A stretch of DNA of 47,650 bases from Octopus sinensis (taxonomy: Eukaryota): contig NW_021834503.1 in NCBI RefSeq assembly GCF_006345805.1, positions 1 to 47,650 of the forward strand, in the 5' to 3' direction. A model generated the notes under the pieces. It did not search any database. It was not told where the DNA came from and was given only the letters and a program-made list of their open reading frames with translations. Positions 13,263 through 26,606 of this stretch are shown one piece after another (the stretch's first letter is position 1; every line of letters starts with the position of its first letter). A program made the position numbers and the translations under genes.

Positions 13263-13944
13263 GTATATGAATACGTCTATGTAAACAATATAATCGAGAC
13301 AGATAAATAGATAGGACACACTTTTGATTTATAAGCCATGAATATATTTAGTTGTACATTGTGTTTGCGTAACGAAAAATGGCGTCCAACCAGTAATTAA
13401 TAAGGAGAGCATATCTTTGTCAATATAGTCGTACGAAACATTAAAAGACGGGTTGGGCTCAGAATGGTTCACTTTTAGTCAGATGACTCCTTACTAAGTC
13501 AGAACAGACAGGGTCTGTACTATGCATGGGGAACAACATCTTTTGGAGACGTGGGCTGCATGAGACATGAGTTATTATAAGGAGAGCAGCACGCCACTCA
13601 GAAAATCTGAGGGCCGCGGGCCACACATGGCTGGTATTTATAAAGTTGCAATAAAGTAACGAGTAATAATTATCTTATTAAATATGGTGATGTAGAATTC
13701 CACACTTCGATGGAATTTGAACCACTGGTCTTTACGTTTGTCATAATCTCATTTCAGTACAGATTCACTACATCTGATAGAAATAGCAGCCGAGTATCTT
13801 GTGAACAGTTAGACCCTGAAATTTAAGAAACAAACATACAGGGTATATAGGCGCTGTCATGGGTCTGAAGATAAAGATGTTTGTTTTGCAACCACGTGGA
13901 TTTGGGTTCAGTTTTACTGCGCGGCCCCATATATATATATGGGG

Positions 13945-14112
13945 GGGGCAGAATTCACAAGAAAAATAAAAGACGAAGTCAGGTGGTGTAGACAACAGAC
14001 AGATGTATTAGTTTCACGATCGAGAAGTTAAAAAGACTTTAACGTTTCAAGACTACGCTCTTCTTCAGAAAGAAACAAGAAGAGAAAATAAAGTGTAGTG
14101 GCTAGCGATACA
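13945..14112 (-). mobile_element. Hammerhead-type repeat, family F
   Basis: Homologous to 8158-8357 and 37668-37868, with TA-rich flanks. Confidence 0.65.
14037..14072 (-). ncRNA. Minimal type I hammerhead motif with an intact core and a weakened stem II
   Basis: CTTT CTGAAGA A GAGC GTAG TCTT GAAAC GTT AAAG. Stem I is CTTT/AAAG and stem III is the palindrome AACGTT. Confidence 0.55.
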
Positions 14113-14940
14113 CTCATACATGCATATATATATATATATATAAATATAGTGATTGATCGCAAATAATGGCGAAGGGGCTCTAAAGAAATGAATAAGAGAT
14201 ACAGAATCAGGCAGAAAGAAAAGGGTTAGAGCAAGATCTTCTTCATTAAGCCTGCCAGCAATATTCTACTACACCTGAAGTCAGAGTTGTGGCAGTAATC
14301 CCATGAAAGAGCAAAACACAGCTAATTAAAATTCTTCGCTATATTCGAAAACAAAATTCTTTTTTTTTTTTTTGCTAGCAAGTCACATTTGATTACCTTT
14401 GACAGTGAAGAAAAAAATGAGAACTCTTTTACCAATTCTAGCCAATGGAATACGAAGAGAGAATAATGATCGATATTCCTATCAAGATTATTAGAAAAAT
14501 ATCTTTGTAAAAACGGTAAAGTGATGCATTAAATTCCTTACAGTATTCGTCTGTTCTTTTATTTATTCAATGATGTCAGCCATTGGTCTGCAACCATGTT
14601 GAGGTACAACTGGAAAGTGCTTTACTCAAATATACTCATACCAGTAATTATTCCGGGGCTGGTACACATTTTATTGTTTGTTAAATGTCTAATAGCTTTT
14701 GGGCCTATATAACAACCCAACTCGAAGCACGTTTACTCTAGCATAGGAGGGAGCGTTCAAAAGTTGCTGGGTGTACGTAAAAGAAAATGGAGGATGATCA
14801 ATTAATTATGATTTTATTCAACATATTCCCCTCTCAGATTCACACACTTTTTGCACCGGTTCTCTAGATTTTCGAAACTCTGTAAAAGAATTCGGAATTT
14901 TGAGCCTCTAGCCAAGCCTTTCGCGATACCCTTAAATATA

Positions 14941-15176
14941 GGCGGCGAGCTGGCAGAAACGTTAGCACGCTGGGCGAAATATGCTTAGCAGTATTCTGTC
15001 TGCCGCTACGTTCTGAGTTCAAATTCCGCCGAGGTCGACTTTGCTTTTCATCCTTTCGGGGTGGATAAATTAAGTACCAGTGAAACACTGGGGTCGATAT
15101 AATCGACTTAATCGCTTTGTCTCTCCTTGTTTGTCCCCTCTGTGTTTAGCCCCTTGTGGGTAGTAACGAAATAGAT
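14941..15176 (+). mobile_element. Full SINE family C with tail T1
   Basis: GGCGGCGAGCTGGCAGAAACGTTAG...GAGTTCAAATTCCGCC head. The flanks GATACCCTTAAATATAGG and GATACCCTTATACATAGG look like a TSD. Confidence 0.9.
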
Positions 15177-15529
15177 ACCCTTATACATAGGTATAGTATA
15201 TACAAACACACATACACACACATAAGCACATACATACACACACACGTGTACGTATGTTCATTTAATTGTAGTTTCACTACGTTTTGCACAAATCAAAGAA
15301 TGTTTTGTATACTGATTCCTAAATCGGAGCGAATATTTTATTTTTCAGCTTGGCTCGGTCTGTCCGGCGGTGTTTGTGAGGAGGAGAACAAGAGTACAAG
15401 TCTCTGCGGAATACACAGCCGTTTATATGTTAATTCAAAACCCAGGTGATTATGCTGAAAGAACACCTGAATCCTAATCATCGAACGAGGGAAATATAAC
15501 CCCAACCACCATATAGTTGAATATATATA

Positions 15530-15569
<40 letters not shown>

Positions 15570-15606
15570 TATATATATGTTATAATATATTATATATATA
15601 TATTAA

Positions 15607-15730
<124 letters not shown>

Positions 15731-15833
15731 CGGCAGTGCATCACATCATGGCCGCAGCTCTGAGCTGAAACTAGAGAGAAAAAACAATATATGTGGTATT
15801 TTGTGTATGTGTGTGTGAAAGAGAGAGAACGAG

Positions 15834-15868
<35 letters not shown>

Positions 15869-17359
15869 GAGAAAGAGAGAGAGAGAAAGGGGGAGAGAGT
15901 TTTGTTATAAATGCTTGATGCATAGACACAGTTCCAGTTTACCGATTCTTATTCAAAAATTATTGGTCAACTCGAGGCGAAAGTAGAAATCGTTTCACAC
16001 CCAGTACGACTGAAGCCGAAAGCAAGGCTAGATGTAATATTAGCTTCATTTTTCTCCGCTATTCCCGGCTGCTCTTTACTTCAATGCTGGAAGCTAAATA
16101 TGTCTTCGCCATAAAATATAATTTAATCAACAATGACCTCTTCCCTTCAACAATTGACCTCTGACCTTTTTCTGAAAAGCATTTATATCTAAGTGTCACT
16201 TTTGAAATAAACATGACTTTTCATATTTTTCGAAGGTGGTGTGAGCTAAATCGAAAAGCTTGTATATTTCCATTTTAACACCAAACTCACTTAAATTGTT
16301 CTGTGAATACACTTAAGCAAAATATTGATTTCTCACACATCTGCAAGGCCAAACGCTTGCAGTGGAGACGTATTGTCTACTTAAGCGACCCCAGTATACT
16401 TCTGATTATTAATTTATCTACCCGAAGTGATGATGTGAAATGCAATGCCGTCTGCAGTATTAATCTGAATGCCTTCCATTTTCGCTTTAACCTTTCCATC
16501 AGCTTCTCTCCCTCAGAAACATACCAATTCTTCTATTTTCTGGAAAGATAATGTTTTATAATAAATGAAATTATTCGAGACAGAGTATATAGCATAATAA
16601 CCAAACTGTTCAATATAGGAGAGAATATATCATATTTGAAGAAAATTTATGTGATTGAAGCATATTTGGGATTTCTTCTGGAAGAAAATTATATGATGTT
16701 ACGCAGGAAGCCTAAAAGATGGAGATATCTTAAGCAAATAAAATCGTACCATTACAACGTGTTTCTTTTAGGTTAGAGAGCAGCTATATTACTTTTTTGG
16801 AATTCGATTAAAGATAAGGGCGTACATTACAAGTCCTGTCCAACTAGAAAATAATCTGATCAATTGGAAATGGTTGGATGAGGTCTACTGCAACATCAAC
16901 ACGGGATTTCCAGCAAAAAGGATACTTTTTAAACGATGAAATCTTTAGTTCATGCCCTGATATTTTCACCGTAACTTTCTTTTAAATAAAATCCCTGAAA
17001 TTGTATTTACAATTGTTTCACCGCTATAGGGTAACATGTTTACGATATCAGTGAAAAGTTTTGTCAGGCATATCTTTCTGAAAGTTATCTCGTTGTTATT
17101 GTCCTCCGGAATCTAAAATTCGGGCCAGATGTTTCTCCACCCTTATCATCAAGTATTTTATGGTCCACTGCTACAAGGATTTTTTTGCCAAACCATTAAG
17201 TTACAGGGATGTAAACACACAAACACTGGATGTCAAGTGGTGTCAGACACAAAGAGACGCACACGCTAATATATATGTATGTGTGTGTGTGTGTGTATTA
17301 TATATACATATATGTATATATATACATACATAAATATGTATACACACATATATATTTAC

Positions 17360-17560
17360 ATATTGTACCGTTGGCGATTTTCTTCGTCTGTCTTCCCTTC
17401 TGTGGATCTTTCCTTTTTCTATGTTTCTGACGAAGAGCTCCGCTCGAAACGTTAGACCCTCCTTCTTTCCTTCTTTCCTGGGCGTCCAATAATACTATAC
17501 TCGTTGCACTTCCTCGCGTTGTTGTGTTTTCTCTTTGTGTTTTCATGTTTGGATTAACCA
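17360..17560 (+). mobile_element. Hammerhead-bearing repeat of about 200 bp, family G
   Basis: Homologous to 27365-27568 (+) and 17875-18085 (-), with (TA)n flanks. Confidence 0.75.
17423..17457 (+). ncRNA. Minimal type I hammerhead ribozyme motif with an intact core
   Basis: GTTT CTGACGA A GAGC TCC GCTC GAAAC GTT|AGAC. Core CUGACGA/GAAA, stem II GAGC/GCTC, stem I GTTT/AGAC, palindromic stem III. Predicted cleavage after 17453. Confidence 0.7.
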
Positions 17561-17819
17561 TATATATATTTATATATATATACATACAATATATATACGT
17601 AATATATATAAATTATATATATATATATATATCTATATATATATATAAATATATATTGTATATATATATATAATATATATAATATATATAATAATAATAA
17701 TAAATATTAGGGAAAAACCAAATTTACAGGGAAAAATCAGATTTAGGATTAAATCGATTTTATAGTAAAATATTATAAAATATTATTCGAGACAAAACCA
17801 CTATTTTGCAAAACAAATA

Positions 17820-17872
<53 letters not shown>

Positions 17873-17874
17873 TA

Positions 17875-18085
17875 TATAGAGTTAATATCCAAATAGTACA
17901 ACAAACAACAAACACAAAAAAGCACAACGCGAGGACGTGTTACATGTAAAGTATTAGCAGACGCTCAGGGAAGGAAGAAAGATGGTTTAATGTTTTGAGC
18001 AAAGCTCTTCATCAAAAACTGAGGAAAATCCAATTAAAAGGAAAATAAAGGAAGAAAATCGCCAGCGATTCACACGTGGTTATAT
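17875..18085 (-). mobile_element. Older family G copy with an eroded hammerhead, inverted relative to 17360
   Basis: Minus strand 17985-18019 reads GTTT TTGATGA A GAGC TTT GCTC AAAAC ATT AAAC. Confidence 0.65.
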
Positions 18086-18112
18086 GGGTGTATATATTAC
18101 ATCTATATATAC

Positions 18113-18152
<40 letters not shown>

Positions 18153-18295
18153 TATATAAATTAATATGTTCAATAAGAAATAATTATTTTCGAAATTTTT
18201 TCTCTTATGAGGTTTTCACGCTATCTACCTGACAATTTCTTGTTAAGTTTTCCTTATTAAGTAGTTGTCCTTAATTGCTATATATATATATATAT

Positions 18296-18468
18296 TATTA
18301 TATTGAGGGTACTACTATTCGTAGATACCAACACGTTAAGAGGGACCAATGCGGTCAAAGCTACTAAAAATAAAAAAATTTCATTTTTAGTTTATTTTTG
18401 TAGTTTTGACCGCATTGGTCCCTCTTAGCGTGTTGGTATCTACGAATAGTAGTACCCTCAATATAATA
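18296..18468. repeat. Fold-back element with 69-bp arms and 2 mismatches
   Basis: 18296-18364 compared with the reverse complement of 18400-18468. Confidence 0.95.
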
Positions 18469-18931
18469 TAAATGATATTTTCAAAGAGGAAGAATTTACG
18501 GATTTTTTCTCTTACGAGGTTTTTCACGCTGACTACTGATAACTTCTTTTAAAGATCTTATCCTCAATTGTTAATATATATATATATATATATATATATA
18601 ACAATTATCATATACGGTAATTGTTTAGTTTATGTTCGTAACATCAAAACGTATTGTTAAAAATATTGATAACTGTGATTTTAGCTGCACTTGTTTTTGC
18701 TTTTGTTTTGTTTTTTTTTTCTCTGTTCTTGTAATATTCTGTCTTTTTTTATGTGTACTTTTAGCTGCATGTCTGTTTTATGAAAGACACGAAGAAAGCC
18801 GTAAGAAACGATAGCTAGATAACCAGTCATGAATACAGATTTAGGTGAAAGAGATACAAACAGATATTTTATAAGCCGCGTAAATAATCATTGTCGCCAA
18901 AGCAAAGCTTTGCAAATTTATCAGGTGTACA

Positions 18932-19030
18932 TCTCTATATATAAAAAGCAGGATGTATGTGTGCGTGTGTGTGCGTGAATGTAGTTTATGCACGTCCACA
19001 CATTAGCACGCACATCGCTCCAATTTTAGG
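18932..19030 (+). mobile_element. Probable Helitron 5' end fragment
   Basis: A|TCTCTATATATAAAAAGC followed by (TG)n resembles the 5' end of the Helitron at 20857-21256 (A|TCTATATATATAAAGC). Confidence 0.4.
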
Positions 19031-19066
19031 AGGACATTCGTCACCTAAACATAGAGGTTCGGCAAA

Positions 19067-19367
19067 TGAGACTGACAGAATAAGTACTAGGGTTACAAAG
19101 AATAAATCCTGGGGTTGCTTTGTTTGAGTAAAAAGGTGGTGTTCCAGCATGGCCGCAGTGAAATGACTGAAACAAATAAAAAAACAAAAGAGGGAAATAA
19201 TGTATGTATATACGACGGGCTTCTTTCAGTTTCCGTCTACCAAATCCACTCTCAAGGCTTTGGTCGGCCCAAGGCTAAACTAGAAGACACTTGCCCAAGA
19301 TGCCACACAGTGGGACTGAACCCGAAACCCGGAGCATGTTATGGTAAGCAAACTACTTACCACACAG
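19067..19367. mobile_element. SINE B tail (+, about 19067-19190) abutting an inverted SINE A head (-, about 19209-19367)
   Basis: Direct alignment to the modules of the 5960 copy. Confidence 0.8.
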
Positions 19368-19557
19368 TACGTGTTGACTTTGGTAGGTTTTTCTGAAGTA
19401 GTAGGGAGCTGAGTCATGTGACACAGTTGTGTCATGTGCCGCAACTATTTGGAATACGAATATTTTACGCAAGTAAATATAATTGCGAAATTTGATTAAT
19501 TTAATTAAAAAGAAACGTTTTTCTCTTGTTTATCCCGGGATGTAGAGGATAGGTCAC

Positions 19558-19635
19558 CTTTGGGCATCTGTCGGTCATTCTTGTGAAATACTGCAGGGGG
19601 AATTCTTGACCTGTAATGCCTGAAATATAATCTGC
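19558..19635 (-). other. Candidate 78-nt exon (ADYISGITGQEFPLQYFTRMTDRCPK), unverified
   Basis: Pyrimidine-rich acceptor ttttgattccccttcaag, AAG|GTGACC donor, open frame. No homology recognised. Confidence 0.15.
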
Positions 19636-19667
19636 CTTGAAGGGGAATCAAAACGAAGTTTGTTTTA

Positions 19668-19669
19668 TA

Positions 19670-19714
<45 letters not shown>

Positions 19715-19839
19715 CACTTTACTGCTGCTGCAACTTCTGCTACAGCAAATACTACTACTACTACACTACTACTACTACAAATAATAATAATAATAATGAT
19801 GATTTCTTTTATAATATTAATAACAATAACAACAACAGC

Positions 19840-19918
<79 letters not shown>

Positions 19919-19958
19919 CAACAATAATAATAATGATAATAATAACAACAACAACAAC

Positions 19959-20002
<44 letters not shown>
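19668..20002. repeat. (TAC)n followed by (AAT)n microsatellite
   Basis: Direct reading. Confidence 0.9.
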
Positions 20003-20006
<4 letters not shown>

Positions 20007-20856
20007 GAGTTACATCCACTGGATACTATTTTTAATCAATTTTAATTAATTTAAACTCTGAATTTTGTATCTATTGCCTTTCTTTTCGTTAAGGTAATTA
20101 ATCATTGAGCGAAAAAATGTGTTTGTACTCACGACGGGTAAAATGTAATTAAAATTGCTTAACTCATTACAATGCGTCAACACGAATCCTACGACTGAAT
20201 CCTGTGCGATAATACGGAAAAGAATTAAATCTGCGTTCCCTTGGGCTTTAATTAATGTCGTACTAGTTAAACAGCCTTTATTCTGAAATTCCATAATCCG
20301 AATTCTTTAAAATTAGGAAATTCCCAAATCCGGAAACTTGCAAATCCGAAATCTGGAAAATCCGACAACTCTAAAATCCGTGGCTTTATTGAATGCTAAT
20401 ATGACACGCCACGAATAAAGTACCCTCCAGCTTAAGTCAGTTGGCTATTTGTTGGGAGTTTCTTGTCAGCAGTCGTCACAACATCTTTGCTCGTTAATCA
20501 TTGAAGATATATATGTCTAATGGGAAAGTACCAGTTAAACACTGGAGTCTATGTAATCGACTAGCCCCCTCTCTTCCCTAAATTTCAGGCCTTTTGCATA
20601 TAGTAGAAAGGATATTTACTTGCAGACAGTTTGGAAAAGAATGTACTGCAGGGGCCAGCTGAAACGTCTTATGAGTTTCACCAAAGCAATATTGTAACAT
20701 GTCTTGCAAGAACACCGATGGTTACCACACCTGTGAAAAATATTGTCGATCCGTAGCAGGACTGAGTAGCCTCAGCGTTGCCTGGCATGTTTAGGAGAGT
20801 AATGTGACGATGTTACTGTTGGAAATCGAATGGCAGCCATCATGTTTATTTTAATA

Positions 20857-21256
20857 CTAGCAATATAGCCCAGTGTTACTCGGGCTTGTTTTCTTTTCGA
20901 CCCTTTAAAATTGGAATATTTGAAAAATAAAGATTTTGCATTATGTAGCTTGTTGTTCTCTTTAAGTGAACATTTTTTCTGGTTGAAATACAAGGAAAAA
21001 TGGCGACACAGCAGTCAAAAAATCGAAAAAAAAAACAGGGATTTTCATAGAAAAAAAGCACCTTTTTTATGTAAATAATTTTTGGTGTTAACATGGTCCG
21101 ATTTGAATTTTTTCTTCTACGAAAGGAAGAGCAAGCCTTCTTCTATCATACTCTCAATTTTGGTCAACTTGTGCCGCAGGGTCTCCGAGGAGATAGTGTT
21201 AGTTGAAGGCTACCAAATCTGCCATACACAGACAACTTCAGCTTTATATATATAGA
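20857..21256 (-). mobile_element. Intact 400-bp non-autonomous Helitron
   Basis: On the minus strand it starts A|TC and ends CTAG|T. The subterminal hairpin AGCCCGAGT-AAC-ACTGGGCT (20867-20886) lies 6 nt before CTAG. These are the canonical Helitron termini and A/T target. Confidence 0.8.
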
Positions 21257-22149
21257 TATGCATGTGTGAGTGCAACGGAGGCACGCAGACAAGTTTTCTT
21301 CTAAAGATGTTCACCTATGAATTATTGGTCAACTCAAGACCAATGACAGAAGGCAAAAGACTAAGAGTTAGTGGGACCGAATCCAAAACAACATGGCTGC
21401 CGAGTAAAATTTACTTAAACGCAAAACCGCAATATTTCTACCACTTATTTATTTACTGAACAGTTTCTAGTTTGTAATATATTAATTATAATACCAGAAA
21501 ATGATTTTCTAAACAGCGAAGATAAAGTAAAAAATATATAATTTTGAGAAAATGTTTACAAAAGTAATTACAAAGAAAATTAATAAATAATACGAAAATA
21601 ATATTTGAAAGCTAATGTACGCCATTATTAAGAAATCTAATGGAGGAAGAACAATGCTAATATTAGTGAAAGGGGAAATTTGACCTCGAGGGAAATTTTT
21701 TCATTTATTTTTGTTTTTGCCAATCGAAGATCTCATATCGTTTTTGACAAGTGTCATGCGACGTGGACAATTCCCTACTAATGTTCATTGAAAGTGTGTT
21801 ATAACGTTTGTATGTTTTTGTTCTTTTTGAGATTTTTTTTTTTTTTTTGCTATGTCTTCGTTATATTTTAGAGTATGGGAAAGTTTGTTTCTTTCTGTGA
21901 TGAATGTTGGTTATTTCAAACGGAAAACTTATAAAAACCCGCATTTTTAAAAAAAAAGAGAAATATCATCTCTCTTATTCTTGGTGTTGTTGTTCTTGTT
22001 GTTCTTGTGCTTTGTTTTGTTTGGATTTTCATGTATTTTTTTTTTATTACGAGTAAAGGAAACCAATGGAGAACAACAATGCGTTTCTGATATTACAACC
22101 CGTAACACTTCGTTTTCAGTCATCTTCGATATTTGACAGACTGAATATG

Positions 22150-22228
22150 ACGCAGACGACAACGGCGGCTGTGACGATGGCGACGACGAAGATGATGATG
22201 ATGATGATGGTGGTGATGAAGATGGTGG

Positions 22229-22275
<47 letters not shown>

Positions 22276-22415
22276 GTGGTGATGATGGTGATGGTGATGA
22301 TGATGATGATGATGATGATGGTGTTGGTGATGATGGCGATGATGATGATAATGGCGTTGGTGATGATGGTGATGATAATGATGATGATGATAATGGTGTT
22401 GGTAATGATGATGAC

Positions 22416-22458
<43 letters not shown>

Positions 22459-22504
22459 GTGACGATGGTGATGATGGTGATGATGATGATGATGGTGATG
22501 ATGG

Positions 22505-22550
<46 letters not shown>

Positions 22551-22890
22551 AATGATTATGATGATGATGATTGATGATCGCGATCATGATGGTGATGATG
22601 TCGATCACCATCATCAGCACCATCATCATCATCATTATGATCATCATCATCATCATCATCACCATCATCATCATCATTATGATCATCATCACCGTCGTTA
22701 TCATGCTGCCCGTGATGAACATGATGACGACGAGAAGCGGGATCGATAGTGATGACGATGATGATGATGCTGACGATGACGACAATGGAGATAATTTTAC
22801 TGATGATGATGAGGAGGATGATGATGACTAGGAGGAGGAAGATCATTATCACCATCATCCTCCCCATCAGCATCATCATCATCATCATGA
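22150..22890. repeat. (GAT)n/(CAT)n array with repeated strand switches
   Basis: GAT to about 22600, CAT about 22605-22700, GAT about 22750-22830, CAT about 22845-22890. Confidence 0.9.
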
Positions 22891-23104
22891 TATCAATTAC
22901 TTCGGATTATTTTTGAAGATGCAGCCTTATAATATAGAGTATAATTTTAATATTATTGATATTGCCGTTGGTGTTGTTTTATTGTTTTTTTTTTCTCCTA
23001 TTTTCGTCTTAGATTTTTATTGTTTTCGAAAAGACTTGAATATATACATCTATGTGTGTGTATGTATGTATAAATATATATATATGTCTGTGTAAATATA
23101 TTTG

Positions 23105-23160
<56 letters not shown>

Positions 23161-23184
23161 TATATATATATATGCATATATATG

Positions 23185-23230
<46 letters not shown>

Positions 23231-23557
23231 GTCTGTGTGTATTAATATTTTTCTATATCTTTCAGCAAAATATGATACGGTTACATTTTTGTAGCAACAG
23301 TTTATAGTAAAAGTATAACAAACATAACAATATAACAAAAATATAACAAAATATTTCAAATATAACAAACAATGGGCTTTGAAAGGACAGTAAAGTAAAT
23401 ACATAGCCTAATACTCGATGACGCTGCAACGGCATTAAAGCCGTGTTAAACAAATGTTTAGAATTTGGTGTAGGGTCACTATTGTTTGAAATGGAGATTA
23501 CTTCGTCCTAGTAACATTTCAGATTTCATTCTAATTCACACAAGAAACTGCAAACAT

Positions 23558-24012
<455 letters not shown>

Positions 24013-24784
24013 ATAGATGAATTTTCACAAGGGTGAAAATAAAGTATTAAAAATGAATACGAAAAGGAAAAGAATACATTTTAAAATTACAGATTTGTCA
24101 AATAATCAGCTAATATTTTAACAGGATTGATAACACATATTAAAGTGTAATCCTGTTATGAAGACAGAATATAAATGATTAGAGGTTGCTAGTACTATTG
24201 GCAAGTATTCTTGTTGGTACTGATGATGATAATGTTTGTTGCTTCTGTCTATCGAATTACACTTAGTGGATGTTACTTCACTTGAGGCTATTGTGAAAGA
24301 GATTTTCGCCCAAGATCATACACAATGGTGATAATTTACTAATCGCCAACGCATGCCAACCTTTGCAATTGTGTGTTGTCTCGGTTTCTGTGCATCAAAT
24401 TATTGTTCTTAAAGCAATATTCAGTGGTTTATCGACACTGGAAGGAGAAAAAAATCACGAGTGACTTCCGTAGGAATCGAACTCAGAACTTAGAAAAATA
24501 TTAAAAAAAAAAAGAACAGAGCAAATATCGCAATGCATTTTTCTGCACTCTAACTATTCCACGAAACCATTGCTTTTATCTCGAAAATAAACAAAAGACT
24601 TGAAATTTAGGGGAGAGTTTTAGTCGGTGCCAACCCTCACAGTATTTGACTGGTCCTTAATTTTGACTATGATTTTTCAAGTCATAACAATTTAGAAATT
24701 GCAAGAGACGTGAAATAAATTGTTTTAACGGTGGAACATGAAGCAGATAAAGCTACAAACAATAGCATATAATTTCATTCACTG

Positions 24785-25240
24785 ATGTTCCCTTAACTAA
24801 TATAGCTATTCGTTGGGGTGACGTTCTAGATGCTTTTACAGTCAGCTGACGCTACTGGTCTGTGATCTCTGTCTTGAATAGCAGGGCCGCGGTGCTGTAA
24901 CCTGTCCAGTCATTTATGTTTGGCAAACCAGATTCTCTCTGTCTGCCTCTCTTTCATCCGCCATCCACAGTGCGTTGAAGGATTGCTTTGGACAGGAAGT
25001 TGTGGCAGAATATTCGATCTTTCATCATTTTTCTTGTTCATGGGGGTGATTCCTGCCTGCCAGTGTGTTTGTGGACTTATAAAAGCTGTTCATTTTGAGC
25101 TAACGGATGTGTAGTAAGCTTCCTAAGCATTTGTGCTCAAATGCCAGAATTATTCATTCTACATCAACCGCCAGAGTCCAACTCCCACACACATATATAC
25201 GGATGGAAGTCTCCAGGAACTTGGATTTTAACAGAATGCT
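24785..25240 (-). mobile_element. Degenerate 3' fragment of an RTE-clade LINE
   Basis: The minus strand gives SIRIYVCGSWTLAVDVE*IILAFEHKCLGSLLHI and HNFLSKAILQRTVDGG*KRGRQRESGLPNINDWTG...SPQR, matching the RTE ORF C-terminal pattern (YGCESWTL, ILQGTVEG.RRRGRQRK.W.DNI.EWTG). Confidence 0.85.
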
Positions 25241-25311
25241 TGTAAGATATATGCCTGGATTTAGAATCCCTATTCCTTTTTGAGTCTATCTATCTATCTA
25301 ACTATCGATCG

Positions 25312-25387
<76 letters not shown>

Positions 25388-26400
25388 GTCGGTCTGTTTG
25401 TCTAACTATCTATCTAAATATATATATACATGATCCCTATTGATCGGAATTTTACCCCTTTTTTTCCTCTTCGTCCCCAAAAAGAAAAGCTCTACTTGGT
25501 ATTTTGTCCCTTCTGTTTTCAGCCCTGCGTGACTAATAAAGAAATCTATCTACCTATATATACGTGTGTGTGTGTGTGTAGAAGTATGAATGTATGTTGT
25601 ATGTATTCATGTATGTATCTATATCTGTGTGTGTGTGTGTTTGTATGTGTGTGTGTCTATGTAGCGGGGGAAAATGTGTATTTTGAAACTGGTAAAGGAT
25701 ACGAAAAATTTGACCTAAGTAAAAATTCCAATATTTCGATAGTTGAGACTCTTTCGTGTTATTTATGTTACAGAATATCCCCTTCCCTCCAAATCCGTAT
25801 TTTAGATGTTCAACCGATTCCTTCATCTTGAACTGGGCATGAAGTCAAGACAGCCTTTTTCAAATTCATCTGAATTCCAATATGACAGCTAAACCTTACG
25901 CGATTACAAAGACGCCAGCAAAATCTCATTTCGCCACAGAACGAAACAGTTAAGTACACATGTTATCCGAATTGACTCCTCGAACGAAGACTGAGCTGAC
26001 AGCCATATTTCATTAGATTAAGTTTCAGTGGTCACTTATTGAATGTTACTTCATTTGTTAAATATCTAAATCTACTTTCAGATATATATCTAAAGCTATC
26101 AATAACGGAATATTGTCAGATTTTCATATTAAATCGTCTCCTTCGTTACTACCTATTCAGATATTTCGTGTCATTATGATCAGACCAGAAGGAATTATTG
26201 GTACGTTTATGATCAAAAATAGCCAGTTGCAAAACTTCGATCAATGTAGTGTTTTATTATATAGGGAAGTAAAATCAACAAAGACGAAATAAAAGACAGT
26301 TTTCGACCTAGCTGGAATTTTTCGGCGAGGTTTCAATTGCAATGTTTATAATATTAAGTATATACAAACACACACACACGTATACACAAACACAAACACA

Positions 26401-26436
<36 letters not shown>

Positions 26437-26439
26437 CAC

Positions 26440-26470
<31 letters not shown>

Positions 26471-26606
26471 TACATGCCCATATACATGTACATACATATA
26501 TTCGTATATATATATATATATTCATAAGTATTTGTATATACATATATATATATTCGTGTAAATATATATATATATATATATATTCGTCATATACATATAT
26601 TCATAT

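Noticed and set aside
13530-13645. hAT/MITE-like end (GGGCCGCGGGCCAC)
   Set aside because: No partner TIR or 8-bp TSD was found.
15349-15445. Apparent exon with a strong ttttttcag acceptor and CAG|GTGATT donor
   Set aside because: The segment also resembles an eroded hammerhead repeat (GTGAGGA GGAG...CTCT...GGAATAC) next to a TA array. No protein similarity was recognised, so I left it uncalled.
20280-20385. Repeated AAATCCG motifs suggesting a transposon subterminal region
   Set aside because: Short and degenerate, with no matching opposite end.
22140-22575. Asp-rich reading frame resembling acidic biomineral proteins
   Set aside because: It is a (GAT)n array with strand flips, and has no start, signal peptide or credible splice context.
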